From contig DAOUAK010000007.1 in NCBI GenBank assembly GCA_034433695.1, positions 498-64,497 of the forward strand: a DNA stretch of 64,000 bases. Direction: 5' to 3'. Source of the DNA: Chloroflexia bacterium (GTDB lineage Bacteria > Chloroflexota > Chloroflexia > DTKN01). The notes beneath the pieces were generated by a model. That model saw nothing but the letters and a program-made list of their open reading frames with translations, did no database searches and was not told the DNA's origin. Shown in pieces: positions 37,691-48,032 of the stretch. A program made the position numbers and the translations under genes. Position 1 is the stretch's first letter. Every line of letters starts with the position of its first letter.

Positions 37691-40579
37691 GTGTTGGAAG
37701 AGGCCTATCGCCTTCCTGTTGAGGAAACCGCCCGGCGCCTGCAGACCAGCCTGGAATACGGCCTGAGCGCCGAACAGGCCCGTGCTCTCCTGGAGACGTT
37801 CGGCCCCAACGAACTCCCGGAGGAAGCCCCCACTCCCCTCTGGCGGCGTTTCCTGAACCAGTTTAAAAGTTTCCTGGTGATAATCTTGCTCCTGGCCGCC
37901 GCGATCTCCCTCGTCATCGCCGTCTTTCACCCGGAAGGCGGCGGGGAGGAGTACGTGGATGCCGCGGCCATCTTTGCCATCGTCCTTTTGAACGCCGTCC
38001 TGGGCGTCGTTCAGGAAAGCCGGGCCGAGAGTGCCCTGCGCGCCCTGCGCAAGATGGCCGCCCCCAGCGCCCGCGTGCTCCGTGACGGCCACGTGCAGAC
38101 GATTCCGGCCCGGGAACTGGTCCCCGGCGACCTGGTCCTTCTGGAGGCCGGCAACTATGTCCCGGCCGACCTGCGTCTGGTGGAAAGCGTCAATCTGCGG
38201 ATCGAGGAGGCCGCCCTCACCGGCGAATCGGTACCCGCGGAAAAGCGCGCTGCCGAGGTCTTCCAGAGCGAAATTCCTGTGGGGGACCGGCTCAACAGCG
38301 CCTTTATGGGCACGGTCGTTTCCTACGGTCGGGGGAAGGGGATCGTCACGGCCACGGGCCGGCATACCCAGTTGGGCTTGATCGCCGAGATGCTGCGCTC
38401 CTATGAGGCCGAGCCGACGCCCCTCCAGATCAAACTGGACCAGTTGGGGCGTTGGTTGGGGGTAGCCGCGCTGGCAATCTGTGGGGCCATCTTCGCACTC
38501 GGGCTGGTGCAGAACTGGCCGCCGCAGACGGAGACCCTCCTGGTCCTTTTTATGACCGCCGTCAGCCTGGCCATCGCCGCCGTGCCCGAGGGTTTGCCGG
38601 CCGTCGTCACCATCTGCCTGGCGCTGGGCACGCAGCGGATGCTCCGCCGCCACGCTCTCATCCGCAACCTGCCGGCCGTGGAGACGCTGGGCTCGGCTAC
38701 TGTCATTTGCTCGGACAAGACCGGCACCCTCACCCAGAACGAGATGACCGTGGTCAAGGTCTGGGCCGGCGGCCTTTCCTACGGGGTGGAGGGACGAGGT
38801 TACCAACCTTGGGGACGTCTCCTCCTCCACGGCGAGGAGGTGCGCCCGGAGGAGCACCCGACCCTCTACGGTGTCCTCCTGGGCGGTCTCCTCTGCAACG
38901 ATGCCCGTCTGGAGAAGATCGAGGGGACCAGCGAAGAACGCTACCGGATGGCCGGGGATCCCACCGAGGGGGCGCTGGTCGTGCTGGCGGCCAAGGCCGG
39001 CCTGTGGCAGGAGGAGACGGAGAGGCGTTTCCCCCGCGTGGGCGAGGTGCCATTTGACTCGGCGCGCAAACGGATGACCACCCTGCACGCCTGGGCCAAC
39101 AGCCCGGGAAAGCCCTCGCCGTTCCTCGCCGATAGTCCTTACCTGGCCTTTGTCAAAGGAGCCCCTGACCTGCTTCTGGAGCACTCCCGATACCTCCTGG
39201 ACGACGGCCATGTACGCCCCCTGGGCGATCGGGATCGACAGGAAATCCTGGCCGCCATGGACGGCATGGCCGGCGATGCCCTGCGCGTCCTGGCGGTGGC
39301 CTGTCGGCCCCTCCCGGAATTGCCTGCAAACCCACGGGCCGAAGAGGTGGAGCAGGACCTCGTCTTCCTGGGCCTGGTGGGAATGATCGACCCGCCCCGG
39401 CCGGAGGTGCGCGACGCCATCCGGACGGCCCGCGAGGCCGGCATCAAGACGATCATGATCACCGGCGACCACAAACGCACGGCCATGGCCATCGCCAGCG
39501 ACCTGCATATGTTTACCCCGGGCCTCCAGGGCCTCACGGGTGAGGAACTCGACCGTATGAACGAGGAGGAGTTCCGCCCCCTGGCAGCGGTCGTGGACGT
39601 GTACTCGCGGGTCTCCCCCCAGCACAAGGTGCGGATCGTGGACGCCCTCAAGGCCCAGGGGCACATCGTGGCCATGACCGGCGATGGAGTCAACGATGCC
39701 CCGGCGGTCAAACGCGCCGACATCGGCGTGGCGATGGGCATCACCGGGACGGACGTGGCCAAAGAGGCGGCCGACATGGTGCTCACCGACGATAACTACG
39801 CCTCGATCGTCGCCGCCGTCGAGGAGGGACGGGTCATCTTTTCCAATATCCGCAAATTCGTCTACTACCTCCTTTCCTGCAACGTGGGGGAGATCCTCAT
39901 CGTGTTTCTGGCTACCGTCCTGGGGCTGCCGGCCTTGCCTTTTTTGCCGATCCACCTCCTTATGCTCAACCTGGTGACCGACGGCCTGCCGGCCCTGGCG
40001 CTGGGGATGGAACCGCCCGAGCCGGACGTGATGAAGCGGCCGCCGCGCCCTCCGAAGGAGCCGATCATCAACCGGGAGATGTGGTGGGGCATCGCCGTGC
40101 AGAGTGTGCTGATCGCGGCGGCGACGCTGGCTGCCTTCCTGATCGGGCTACGCTGGCACGAAGGTCGGGCCGATCAGGTCGCCGCTGCCCAGACGCTGGC
40201 TCTGTCTACGCTGATTACGGCTGAACTTTTGCGCGCCTTTACCGCCCGCTCCGAGCGCGTTTCTCTCTGGCGACTGGGCTTCCTGAGCAACCGGAACATG
40301 CTCTGGGCCGTAGGGAGTTCCTTCCTTATTCTCCTGGCCATCATCTACATTCCTTTCCTGGACCCGGTTTTCCATACCACCTTCCTCACCCTGCCGGAAT
40401 GGGGGCTTTTGCTCCCGCTGGCCTTTTTGCCGGCCCTGGGAGCCGAGGTTACCAAGGCGCTGCTGCGGTGGCGAGGAGGACGGCGCAGCGGGGCGCAGCG
40501 CGCCGCACCTCCGCCGGCCCTTTCGGGGGGAACGGGCGATCGGGGCGGGCCTTTTCCCGAATCTCAGGAAGGAGCATAG
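37691..40579 (+). CDS. P-type cation-transporting ATPase (Ca2+-ATPase-like, P2 type)
   Basis: DKTGTLT phosphorylation motif, TGES actuator motif, [19 protein letters not shown] hinge, ten TM segments, N-terminal cation-ATPase domain [21 protein letters not shown] start. Confidence 0.9.
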   Translation: MLEEAYRLPVEETARRLQTSLEYGLSAEQARALLETFGPNELPEEAPTPLWRRFLNQFKSFLVIILLLAAAISLVIAVFHPEGGGEEYVDAAAIFAIVLLNAVLGVVQESRAESALRALRKMAAPSARVLRDGHVQTIPARELVPGDLVLLEAGNYVPADLRLVESVNLRIEEAALTGESVPAEKRAAEVFQSEIPVGDRLNSAFMGTVVSYGRGKGIVTATGRHTQLGLIAEMLRSYEAEPTPLQIKLDQLGRWLGVAALAICGAIFALGLVQNWPPQTETLLVLFMTAVSLAIAAVPEGLPAVVTICLALGTQRMLRRHALIRNLPAVETLGSATVICSDKTGTLTQNEMTVVKVWAGGLSYGVEGRGYQPWGRLLLHGEEVRPEEHPTLYGVLLGGLLCNDARLEKIEGTSEERYRMAGDPTEGALVVLAAKAGLWQEETERRFPRVGEVPFDSARKRMTTLHAWANSPGKPSPFLADSPYLAFVKGAPDLLLEHSRYLLDDGHVRPLGDRDRQEILAAMDGMAGDALRVLAVACRPLPELPANPRAEEVEQDLVFLGLVGMIDPPRPEVRDAIRTAREAGIKTIMITGDHKRTAMAIASDLHMFTPGLQGLTGEELDRMNEEEFRPLAAVVDVYSRVSPQHKVRIVDALKAQGHIVAMTGDGVNDAPAVKRADIGVAMGITGTDVAKEAADMVLTDDNYASIVAAVEEGRVIFSNIRKFVYYLLSCNVGEILIVFLATVLGLPALPFLPIHLLMLNLVTDGLPALALGMEPPEPDVMKRPPRPPKEPIINREMWWGIAVQSVLIAAATLAAFLIGLRWHEGRADQVAAAQTLALSTLITAELLRAFTARSERVSLWRLGFLSNRNMLWAVGSSFLILLAIIYIPFLDPVFHTTFLTLPEWGLLLPLAFLPALGAEVTKALLRWRGGRRSGAQRAAPPPALSGGTGDRGGPFPESQEGA

Positions 40580-40582
40580 CGG

Positions 40583-42004
40583 ATGTCCTTTGTTCCTCCT
40601 TCCGGCGAGAGGTTGCGCCTGGAGCGCTGGTGGCATGGGCTTTTGGCCGGCCTGTCCAGAAGCGGCTTATTCTCGACCCGGCCCAGGGCGGGCACAGCGC
40701 GACGTCCTGGGGCAAAGGGCCTCCCTCGGCGGGTCGCCCTGAGGCTACCTTTCCGAGCCCTGGGCCTCCGGGGGTGGCTCAACCTTTTTCTGGTCGCCCT
40801 GGGCATTTTCTATCTGGCCTTTGGGTTCGTCTACCTCTGGACGGGGAAAATCGTCCACCACCTGGGAGTGGACTTCCGGACCTTCCGCGCCTCGGCCGAG
40901 ATCGCCTGGAAATACGGCTTCGGCCATATTTACGACCCGGCCAAACAGGACGAGTTCCAGAGGCCCTGGTACGACCAGCATATCTTCGGCACCGGCTTTG
41001 ACTCCTATGACTATGCCCCTACCTACTACCTGCCGGCCTTTGTCCTTCTCTTCTTGCCGCTTCTCCTTTTCGATCCCCGGACCAGTTTCTACCTCTGGAC
41101 CGGCCTGAACGTTTTGCTCCTGCTCCTCTACCTCTGGCACTTCCGCAGGGCCCTGCAGGACCACCTGGACTGGGGCATCCTCTTCCGTATGGTGCTCTGC
41201 GTGCCCGTGATCACCAGCCTCCTGGCCGGGCAGGTCAACGTCCTGCTGCTGGTCTGTATGGGCGAATTCATCCTGGCCCTGGTCCGGGGGCGGGACTTTC
41301 GGGGAGGCCTCTGGCTGGCCGGCCTGCTCCTGAAGTGGCAGGTGCTCATCTTTTTTTTCCCCGGCCTGCTCCTCAGCCGGCGTTTTCGGACGCTGGCCGG
41401 CTTTGCCCTGGTGGCCTTCCTCATCCTGCTCCTTTCGGTGGTCCTGGTCGGGCCCGACGGCCTCCTGGCGGTGGGGAAACTATACCTCAAGGCCTCCTTT
41501 GGGGAAAACCGCACCATCAACCCCCAGTTGATGATGAACTGGCGCTCGCTGGCGGCCAATCTCGGCCTGGTCTTGCCCGCCGCCCTGGCCTGGGTGCCGG
41601 CCGTCGTGGGGATGATGGCTACGGCTATCGCTGGGTTGGCGCTCTGGATGCGTCGGTTGGAGGTTTCCTCGCCTTCCTTCGGCTTTGTCCTCCTCGGCAC
41701 CTACGCCGCGACCTGCGCCACCTCCTGGCATATGCATATCTACACCGGCCTTCCCCTGATTCTTCCCCTGCTTCTGCTCTACAGCCAGGGTCGGATCTCC
41801 TGGAAAGTCCTGTATCTCTGGCTTTATGTGCCGGCGGCGCTTTTCCCCGTCCTCTACGTCCTGACCTCGGAACTGGCCTTTAACCTGATCGGACTGACGA
41901 CGCTGGGGCTGAACCTCTTCTTGCTGGGGCGTTCGGTCTGGGAGGTCCTCGGCCCCGGAAGCGGGAGCGCGGCAAGTCGTTCCGGGCTTAAATCTGCCCC
42001 GTGA
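40583..42004 (+). CDS. polytopic membrane protein, DUF2029/GT87-like putative mannosyltransferase
   Basis: About 10 TM helices. GQVNVLLL and KWQ motifs resemble DUF2029 (PimE/MptA-type GT-C). Starts 4 nt after the ATPase stop. Confidence 0.55.
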   Translation: MSFVPPSGERLRLERWWHGLLAGLSRSGLFSTRPRAGTARRPGAKGLPRRVALRLPFRALGLRGWLNLFLVALGIFYLAFGFVYLWTGKIVHHLGVDFRTFRASAEIAWKYGFGHIYDPAKQDEFQRPWYDQHIFGTGFDSYDYAPTYYLPAFVLLFLPLLLFDPRTSFYLWTGLNVLLLLLYLWHFRRALQDHLDWGILFRMVLCVPVITSLLAGQVNVLLLVCMGEFILALVRGRDFRGGLWLAGLLLKWQVLIFFFPGLLLSRRFRTLAGFALVAFLILLLSVVLVGPDGLLAVGKLYLKASFGENRTINPQLMMNWRSLAANLGLVLPAALAWVPAVVGMMATAIAGLALWMRRLEVSSPSFGFVLLGTYAATCATSWHMHIYTGLPLILPLLLLYSQGRISWKVLYLWLYVPAALFPVLYVLTSELAFNLIGLTTLGLNLFLLGRSVWEVLGPGSGSAASRSGLKSAP

Positions 42005-42022
42005 GGGTTCGGGAGGGCGCTT

Positions 42023-43075
42023 TTGAAGGTCGTCTCGGTCGTTGGGGCCCGCCCCCAGTTCATCAAAGCCGCTGCGGTCAGCCGGGTGCTGCGCCGGCGG
42101 CACGAGGAGGTGCTGCTCCACACCGGCCAGCACTATGACGACCTGATGTCGGACGTCTTTTTCCGTGAACTCGACCTCCCCCGGCCCGACGTCAATCTGG
42201 GGGTCGGCTCCGCTTCCCACGGCCGTCAGACCGGCGAAATGCTCATCGGCATCGAGCGGGTCCTCCAGGAGGAACGCCCGGACCGGGTGCTCATCTACGG
42301 CGACACGAACTCCACCCTGGCCGGGGCCCTGGCGGCGGCCAAACTGGGAATCCCCCTGGCTCACGTGGAGGCCGGGCTGCGCTCCTTCAACCGGACGATG
42401 CCCGAAGAAATCAACCGCCTCGTAGCCGACCGCCTCTCCGACTTCCTCTTCTGCCCCACCCGGACGGCAGTGGAGAACCTGGCCCGCGAAGGCATCACCT
42501 CCGGCGTGCACCTGGTCGGCGATGTCATGTACGACATCCTTCTCTGGAGCCTTCCTCTGGCCGAGCGCCGCTCCGGCATCCTGGAGAGGCTAGGGGTGGT
42601 GCCCGGCACCTACCTTCTGGCCACCGTCCACCGTGCCGGCAACACCGACATCCGCGAAAACCTGGCCGCCATCGTCGCCGGCCTGAACGCCACCGGGGAG
42701 CCGGTCGTTTTCCCCCTCCATCCTCGCACCCGCCTCGCCCTGGACCGGTGGGGCATCGTCCCGACGGAGAACGTCCGTCTGATCGAGCCGGTCGGCTACC
42801 TGGATATGCTCGTTCTGGAGAAGAATGCCCGTCTCATCCTCACCGACTCCGGCGGGGTACAGAAGGAAGCCTACTGGCTGGGCGTCCCCTGCCTCACCCT
42901 GCGCGAGGAGACCGAATGGGTGGAGACGGTGGAGGCCGGCTGGAACCTCCTGGTGGGGACGTCGGTGGAACGCCTGATCGAAGCGGTGCACACCTTCCAT
43001 CCCCGGGGGGATCGGCCGGCCTTTTTCGGCGACGGTCGGGCGGGAGAAAAGATCGTAGAAACCCTCACCGGGTAG
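42023..43075 (+). CDS. wecB: UDP-N-acetylglucosamine 2-epimerase (non-hydrolysing)
   Basis: MKVVSVVGARPQFIKAA, HTGQHYD, VLIYGDTNSTLAGALAA, HVEAGLRSFNRTMPEEINR: canonical WecB/MnaA motifs. Confidence 0.9.
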   Translation: MKVVSVVGARPQFIKAAAVSRVLRRRHEEVLLHTGQHYDDLMSDVFFRELDLPRPDVNLGVGSASHGRQTGEMLIGIERVLQEERPDRVLIYGDTNSTLAGALAAAKLGIPLAHVEAGLRSFNRTMPEEINRLVADRLSDFLFCPTRTAVENLAREGITSGVHLVGDVMYDILLWSLPLAERRSGILERLGVVPGTYLLATVHRAGNTDIRENLAAIVAGLNATGEPVVFPLHPRTRLALDRWGIVPTENVRLIEPVGYLDMLVLEKNARLILTDSGGVQKEAYWLGVPCLTLREETEWVETVEAGWNLLVGTSVERLIEAVHTFHPRGDRPAFFGDGRAGEKIVETLTG

Positions 43076-43101
43076 GCGGGGTATGGCCTCAACCTACCCG
43101 G
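43068..43101. repeat. intergenic hairpin, member 3 of the CGGGTAGG...CCTACCCG family (between convergent wecB and GT4)
   Basis: CCGGGTAGG cggggtatggcctcaa CCTACCCGG: 9-bp stem with a 16-nt loop. Confidence 0.55.
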
Positions 43102-44365
43102 AAACCGGCTGGTTCCGGTTCGGCAGCAACCCTTCGAGCAAATCTACCAACTGCCGGGCCTGGGTCTGGCGGGAGTAGTGTTCCTCCACAAAGTGCCGGC
43201 CGCGCCGGCCCATTTCCCGGCATTTCTCCCGGTCGGCGGAAAGCGCAAGGATGGCCCGGGCCATCTCTCTGGGCTCCTCCGGCGGGACGTACACCCCGGC
43301 CTGGGCCCGCTCCAGCACCTCCCGGGCCTCCCCGGGAATGCTCAACACCACGGGGCAGGCGCAGGCCCAGGCGTCGAACATCTTGGAGGGCAGGGCGCTG
43401 TGAAAAAGTTCCGCCCGACGCAGCGGCACCAGGGCCACGTCGGCCGCCGAGAAAAAGGCCGGCATCTCCTCCCGCGGCCGGCCCTCCAGCATCGTCACGT
43501 TCCTGAGCCCCATCTCCTCCTTCCTCCGCATCAGGTCGGCCTTGCAGGGCCCCTCGCCCACCAGGAGAAAGTGGATATGGGAAGCGCCCGTAAGCAACCG
43601 GGCCGCCTCCAGCACCGTCTCCAGGCCCTGGGCCACGCCGTGGATGCCGGCATAGAGCACCAGGAAGGGGCGCTTCGGGAAGCGTTCCTCCCCAAAACCT
43701 AATTCCCGACGCAGGAGGTAGCCGGCCGTCGGCTCGGGGCGAAAGAGGTCGGTATTGGCTCCGTTGGGGATGAGGACAATCTTCTCCGCCGGGAAGCCGC
43801 GTTCCACCAGCCGCTGGCGGATGCCCTCGGTGACCACGACGATGCGCCGGGCGCGTCGGTAGCACTGCTCCTCCAGCGCGGTAGCCCAGCGGATCCAGCG
43901 CGGGTTCCGGAGTTCCCCCAGCGCCACGGCCGACTCGGGCCAGAGGTCACGCACCTCAAAGACCATCGGGATACGCCGGAGGTGAGAAAGGGCGAGCGCT
44001 GCCCCACCGACAAAGAGCGGCGGGGAAGTGGCATAGAGGAGGTCGTAGCGCCCCCGAGCTCGAAACAGCCCGGCCAGGATGGCCTGGAGCATGAAGGTCA
44101 GATAAAAGGCCAGACGGGTGCGCATGGTCTTGACCGGGGAGGTCCAGACCCAGACCCGGATGATGTCAATCCCGTCCAGTTCCTCCCGCACCCAGAAACG
44201 CCGGCGGTACTCCGGCCGGATGACGCCTTCCGGGTGGTTGGGCACCTCGGTCAGCATGGTGACGGTGTGGCCGGCCTGGACAAGCCCCTGGGCCATCTCA
44301 TAGGCCCGCGTCTGGGTGGCGCCGACCTCGGGGGGAAAATACTGGCTGAGGTAGAGGATGCGCAT
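43094..44365 (-). CDS. GT4 family glycosyltransferase (WbuB-like)
   Basis: MRILYLSQYFPPEVGATQTRAYEMAQGL at the N-terminus; C-terminal FSAADVALVPL...SKMFDAWACACPVV region. Confidence 0.85.
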   Translation of the reverse strand: MRILYLSQYFPPEVGATQTRAYEMAQGLVQAGHTVTMLTEVPNHPEGVIRPEYRRRFWVREELDGIDIIRVWVWTSPVKTMRTRLAFYLTFMLQAILAGLFRARGRYDLLYATSPPLFVGGAALALSHLRRIPMVFEVRDLWPESAVALGELRNPRWIRWATALEEQCYRRARRIVVVTEGIRQRLVERGFPAEKIVLIPNGANTDLFRPEPTAGYLLRRELGFGEERFPKRPFLVLYAGIHGVAQGLETVLEAARLLTGASHIHFLLVGEGPCKADLMRRKEEMGLRNVTMLEGRPREEMPAFFSAADVALVPLRRAELFHSALPSKMFDAWACACPVVLSIPGEAREVLERAQAGVYVPPEEPREMARAILALSADREKCREMGRRGRHFVEEHYSRQTQARQLVDLLEGLLPNRNQPVSG

Positions 44366-44461
44366 CGGTCGTTTCCCCTTGGGGTGAGAGCCAAACGTCC
44401 ACGCTTCCGTGGCCCAGAGGGTTCTCCCCCTGTACAGGAGACCTTTCGGCCCCCTCAGAGG

Positions 44462-45328
44462 TTAAGGCGGCCCTTGGAATATCGAATCCACCTCTTCCAC
44501 CAGCCGCACCCCGGCGCTGGCGCCCAGGCGGTCGGCCCCGGCCACCAGCATCTTCAGGGCATCTCCGGCGGTGCGGATGCCTCCGGCGGCCTTTACCCCC
44601 GCCCTTTGCCCCACTGTCCGACGCATCAGCAGCACATCATACACCGTGGCGCCGCCCGAGGCGAAGCCGGTGGAGGTCTTGACGAAATCGGCTCCGGCCG
44701 CCATGGCCAGTTCGCAGGCCCGCACTTTTTCGACATCGTCCAGCAGGGCCGTCTCGAGGATGACCTTGAGCCGGACTCCGGCGGCATGGCAGACCTCGGC
44801 CAGGCGGGCGATCTCCTCCTGAACCACGTCCTCGTTTCCGGCCTTCAGGTCGCCGATGGAAAGCACCATGTCCACTTCCCTTGCCCCATCCTGGACGGCC
44901 TGGCGGGTCTCCTCGACCTTGGCGTAGGTTGAGGTTGCGCCCAACGGGAAGCCGGCCACCGTGCAAATGAGCACGCGGCTTCCCTGAAGGAGTTGGGCAC
45001 ATAGCGGCACGTAACGCGGGTTCACGCAGACGGAGAAGAAACGATGCCGGAGGGCCTCGCCGCAGAGCGTTTCGATCTGGGCCGGGGTGGCCTCGGGTTT
45101 GAGCAGGGTATGGTCGATCAGACCGGCCAACACCTCAGCCGGCCCTTCCCCCCGAAGACGGGCTGCCCAGTATCCGGCCTGGGGGGACAAAAGTTCCCGG
45201 GCCCGCTCTGCGCACCTGCCGTTACAGGATGGACACAGCGGACAACCGCCGGCCCGGGCCTTTTCCTCCAGGGTCGGCAACAGGTCGGCCAGGGTGAGGT
45301 CAAGCAGTTGCCGGGCTTCGAGGTTCAT
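44462..45328 (-). CDS. deoC: deoxyribose-phosphate aldolase with ~65-aa N-terminal Cys4 extension
   Basis: DeoC core has LIDHTLLKPEAT, SVCVNPRYV and the Schiff-base Lys region FVKTSTGF. ATG 45328 is preceded by GGGGGAG. The extension carries CPLCPSCNGRC. Confidence 0.85.
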   Translation of the reverse strand: MNLEARQLLDLTLADLLPTLEEKARAGGCPLCPSCNGRCAERARELLSPQAGYWAARLRGEGPAEVLAGLIDHTLLKPEATPAQIETLCGEALRHRFFSVCVNPRYVPLCAQLLQGSRVLICTVAGFPLGATSTYAKVEETRQAVQDGAREVDMVLSIGDLKAGNEDVVQEEIARLAEVCHAAGVRLKVILETALLDDVEKVRACELAMAAGADFVKTSTGFASGGATVYDVLLMRRTVGQRAGVKAAGGIRTAGDALKMLVAGADRLGASAGVRLVEEVDSIFQGPP

Positions 45329-45486
45329 CGGTTTCTCCCCCTCTACCATCCAGGCCCCGAAGGCCCTGCCATTGGGTCGGGTGCTTCTCGGTTTATTCCT
45401 TCCACGTCCGATTTCCTCCACGCCCACGATATCCGGGATACAGCCAGCGCGAGGATTCTCGTCCGTCCCCGGCCCGGTTACACCTC

Positions 45487-46806
45487 CTACCAGGGAATGC
45501 GCTCCCGTAGATAGGGGAGCAACTCCTCCACGTGCACCCGAACCTGCTCCATTGTATCCCGGTCGCGCACGGTGACGGTGCGGTCCTCCAGGCTCTGGAA
45601 GTCCACGGTGATGCAATAGGGGGTGCCGACCTCGTCCATGCGCCGATAGAGCCGGCCGATGGCCCCGGTGTCGTCGTAGATGGTGCGGATGTGCGGGCGT
45701 AGCATCCGGGCGATCTCCTGGGCCAGGCTCACCAGGGCCGGAACGTTTCGCTTCAACGGGAAGACGGCCACCTTGATCGGGGCCAGGAGGGGATGCAGCC
45801 GCAGCACCACCCGCTTCTCCCCCCGGACGATCTCCTCATCGTAAGCGTCGAGGAGGAAGACCAGGACGGCCCGGTCCACCCCGCCGGAGGGCTCGATCAC
45901 GTAGGGGATGATGTGCTGGCCGGTCTCCTCGTCAAAGTAGCGGAGCGGGTGGCCGCTGCCCTCGCCGTGCCGTCGCAGGTCGTAATCGGTGCGGTTGGCG
46001 ATGCCTTCCAGTTCCTTCCAACCCAGCGGGTCGGGGAAGCGATACTCGATGTCGTAGCAGGCGGCGGCATAGTGGGCCAGTTCCTCCGGCTCGTGGGCCC
46101 GCACCTGCAGGTGCTCGGGGTGGATGCCCAACTCGATATACCAGCGCAGCCTCTCCTGAATCCACTCCTGGTGGATGCGCTCGGCGTCCTCTGGCCGGCA
46201 GAAGTACTCCAGTTCGAATTGCTCAAATTCGCGGGTACGGAAGGTAAAGTTGCCGGTGACGATCTCGTTGCGGAAGGCCTTGCCGATCTGGGCGATGCCG
46301 AAGGGAAGTTTGGGCGTCGGTCGGGCCGTGTTGAGGACGTTTTCGAAGTTGACAAAGATCGTCTGGCAGGTCTCGGGACGCAGATAGGCCACCGAGGCTT
46401 CGTCTTCCACCGGCCCGACAAAGGTCTTGAACATCATATTGAACTGACGCGGCTCGGTAAAGTCGGTGCCGCCGCAGTTGGGACAGCGCTTCTCCTCCAG
46501 CATGTCCGGGCGGAAACGCTGATGGCACGATTTGCACTCCACCAGGGGGTCGGTGAAACTGGCGACGTGGCCGGAGACTTCCCAGATCCGCGGGGACATC
46601 AGGATGGCCCCATCAATGCCCTCGACGTCGGGTCGTTCCCAGACGATGCGTCGCCACCAGGCCTGTTTGACGTTGCATTTGAGTTCCGAGCCCAGGGGGC
46701 CGTAATCCCAGGTGCTGGCAAAGCCGCCATAGATCTCGCTGGAGGGAAAGATAAAGCCACGTCGTTTGCATAAACTGACGATGACGTCCATCGAAGGTGC
46801 AGCCAT
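45487..46806 (-). CDS. glyQS: glycine--tRNA ligase (dimeric class II GlyRS)
   Basis: MAAPSMDVIVSLCKRRGFIFPSSEIYGG matches the GlyQS N-terminus; zinc-ribbon insertion CKSCHQRFRPD...CPNCGG. ATG 46806 after GGAGG. Upstream part of the long ORF is spurious. Confidence 0.9.
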   Translation of the reverse strand: MAAPSMDVIVSLCKRRGFIFPSSEIYGGFASTWDYGPLGSELKCNVKQAWWRRIVWERPDVEGIDGAILMSPRIWEVSGHVASFTDPLVECKSCHQRFRPDMLEEKRCPNCGGTDFTEPRQFNMMFKTFVGPVEDEASVAYLRPETCQTIFVNFENVLNTARPTPKLPFGIAQIGKAFRNEIVTGNFTFRTREFEQFELEYFCRPEDAERIHQEWIQERLRWYIELGIHPEHLQVRAHEPEELAHYAAACYDIEYRFPDPLGWKELEGIANRTDYDLRRHGEGSGHPLRYFDEETGQHIIPYVIEPSGGVDRAVLVFLLDAYDEEIVRGEKRVVLRLHPLLAPIKVAVFPLKRNVPALVSLAQEIARMLRPHIRTIYDDTGAIGRLYRRMDEVGTPYCITVDFQSLEDRTVTVRDRDTMEQVRVHVEELLPYLRERIPW

Positions 46807-46846
46807 AGAGAACCCGCCTCCGAAGAGCCTCGGCCGACTCGACTTC

Positions 46847-47746
46847 CTACTTTTCTTCCTCGGCCCGTGGGTGGGCCTGTTCATAGGCCTCGTGGAGTTG
46901 CTCCGTAGCCAGTTGGGTGTAGATCTGAGTGGTGGCGATGGAGGTATGTCCCAGGAGTTCCTGGATGGAGCGCAGGTCGGCCTTCCGCTGGAGAGCATGG
47001 GTGGCGAAGGTATGGCGTAGGGTGTGGGGGGTGATGTTGAGGAGGCCGATTTCCTCGGCGTATTTTTTCAGCATCAGCCAGAAGCCCTGGCGGGTCATCG
47101 GCCGGCCACGCCGGTTGAGGAAGAGGTGCTGCTCGGCGGAAGAACGGGCCAGGTAGGGGCGGCCCGTTTCTAGGTACTCCTGCACCGCCTGCACCGCGGT
47201 GGCACTCAGCGGAATGATGCGCTCCCGGTTCTGCTTGCCGATGCAACGGACGGAGCCGGTCGTCAGGTTGATGCTGTCCAGTTTCAGACTCACCAGTTCG
47301 CTGACGCGCAGGCCCGTGGCATAGGCTACCTCCAGCATGGCCCGGTCGCGCAGGGCGACCGGGGTGTTGGAACGGGCCGGCAGTTCCAGGAGTTCATCTA
47401 CCTCCTCCACGGAGAGGACGCGGGGCAGCCGGCGGGAGATCCGGGGCATTTCCAGCCCCTCACAGGGGTCGCGCTGGATTTTCCCTGCGCGGAGCAGGTA
47501 GACGAAGAAGGAATGGATGGCCGAGAGGCGACGGACGACAGTCGAAGGGGTGTACTTGCGCTCCTTCAGGTAAACCATAAAGGCCAGCAGATCCTCGCGG
47601 GTCACGTCGGCCCAGTTCCGGAAGGAGCGTTGTTCCTGCAGGAAGTTGTAGAACTGGGTCAGGTCGGTGTGGTAGGCGGCAAGGGTGTGGGGAGAGAACT
47701 GGCGTTCGACCTCCAGATAGTCCAGAAATTCCTCGATCTCTTTCAT
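46847..47746 (-). CDS. xerD: tyrosine recombinase XerC/XerD type
   Basis: 299 aa. RHTFATHAL, LLGHTSIATTQIYTQL and a catalytic Tyr in QIYT. N-terminal SAM-like core-binding domain. Confidence 0.9.
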   Translation of the reverse strand: MKEIEEFLDYLEVERQFSPHTLAAYHTDLTQFYNFLQEQRSFRNWADVTREDLLAFMVYLKERKYTPSTVVRRLSAIHSFFVYLLRAGKIQRDPCEGLEMPRISRRLPRVLSVEEVDELLELPARSNTPVALRDRAMLEVAYATGLRVSELVSLKLDSINLTTGSVRCIGKQNRERIIPLSATAVQAVQEYLETGRPYLARSSAEQHLFLNRRGRPMTRQGFWLMLKKYAEEIGLLNITPHTLRHTFATHALQRKADLRSIQELLGHTSIATTQIYTQLATEQLHEAYEQAHPRAEEEK

Positions 47747-47842
47747 CGCTTTTCCTCACCAGTCATTTACCGAAATTGACCGGCCCATCCGGTCTAGCAT
47801 ATTATACCGCAAGAGGGCCGTTATGTCAAAGCCGGTTACGAT

Positions 47843-47871
47843 TTGACAGAACGGCCGGCCGGGGGTATAAT
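47843..47871 (+). promoter_or_regulatory. promoter TTGACA-17-TATAAT for tRNA-Lys
   Basis: TTGACA at 47843-47848 and TATAAT at 47866-47871. The tRNA 5' end at 47880 is 8 nt after the -10. Confidence 0.6.
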
Positions 47872-47879
47872 AAAAATGT

Positions 47880-47952
47880 GGGCCGCTAGCTCAACTGGTA
47901 GAGCAGTTGACTCTTAATCAACGGGTTCGAGGTTCGAGTCCTCGGCGGCTCA
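47880..47952 (+). tRNA. tRNA-Lys (anticodon CTT)
   Basis: GGGCCGC TA GCTC AACTGGTA GAGC A GTTGA CTCTTAA TCAAC GGGTT CGAGG TTCGAGT CCTCG GCGGCTC A. Good cloverleaf; CCA is not encoded. Confidence 0.85.
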
Positions 47953-48032
47953 TGGGTTTTCTGGATGTTCCGTTGTCGAACGGTCAGTCGTTATCCGTCC
48001 ACCTTCTTCGGTATCGAGTGGGGAGGTATCCT

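Noticed and set aside
46847-47952. XerC/D-type recombinase next to tRNA-Lys considered as the boundary of an integrated element
   Set aside because: The recombinase has the housekeeping XerD architecture. No direct repeat of the tRNA 3' end was seen downstream, and the neighbours (glyQS, deoC) are core genes.
47907-48032. Upstream extension of the DUF3352-like ORF (start at 47907)
   Set aside because: It would run through tRNA-Lys. The ATG at 48033 has a GGGAGG RBS and a signal anchor immediately after.
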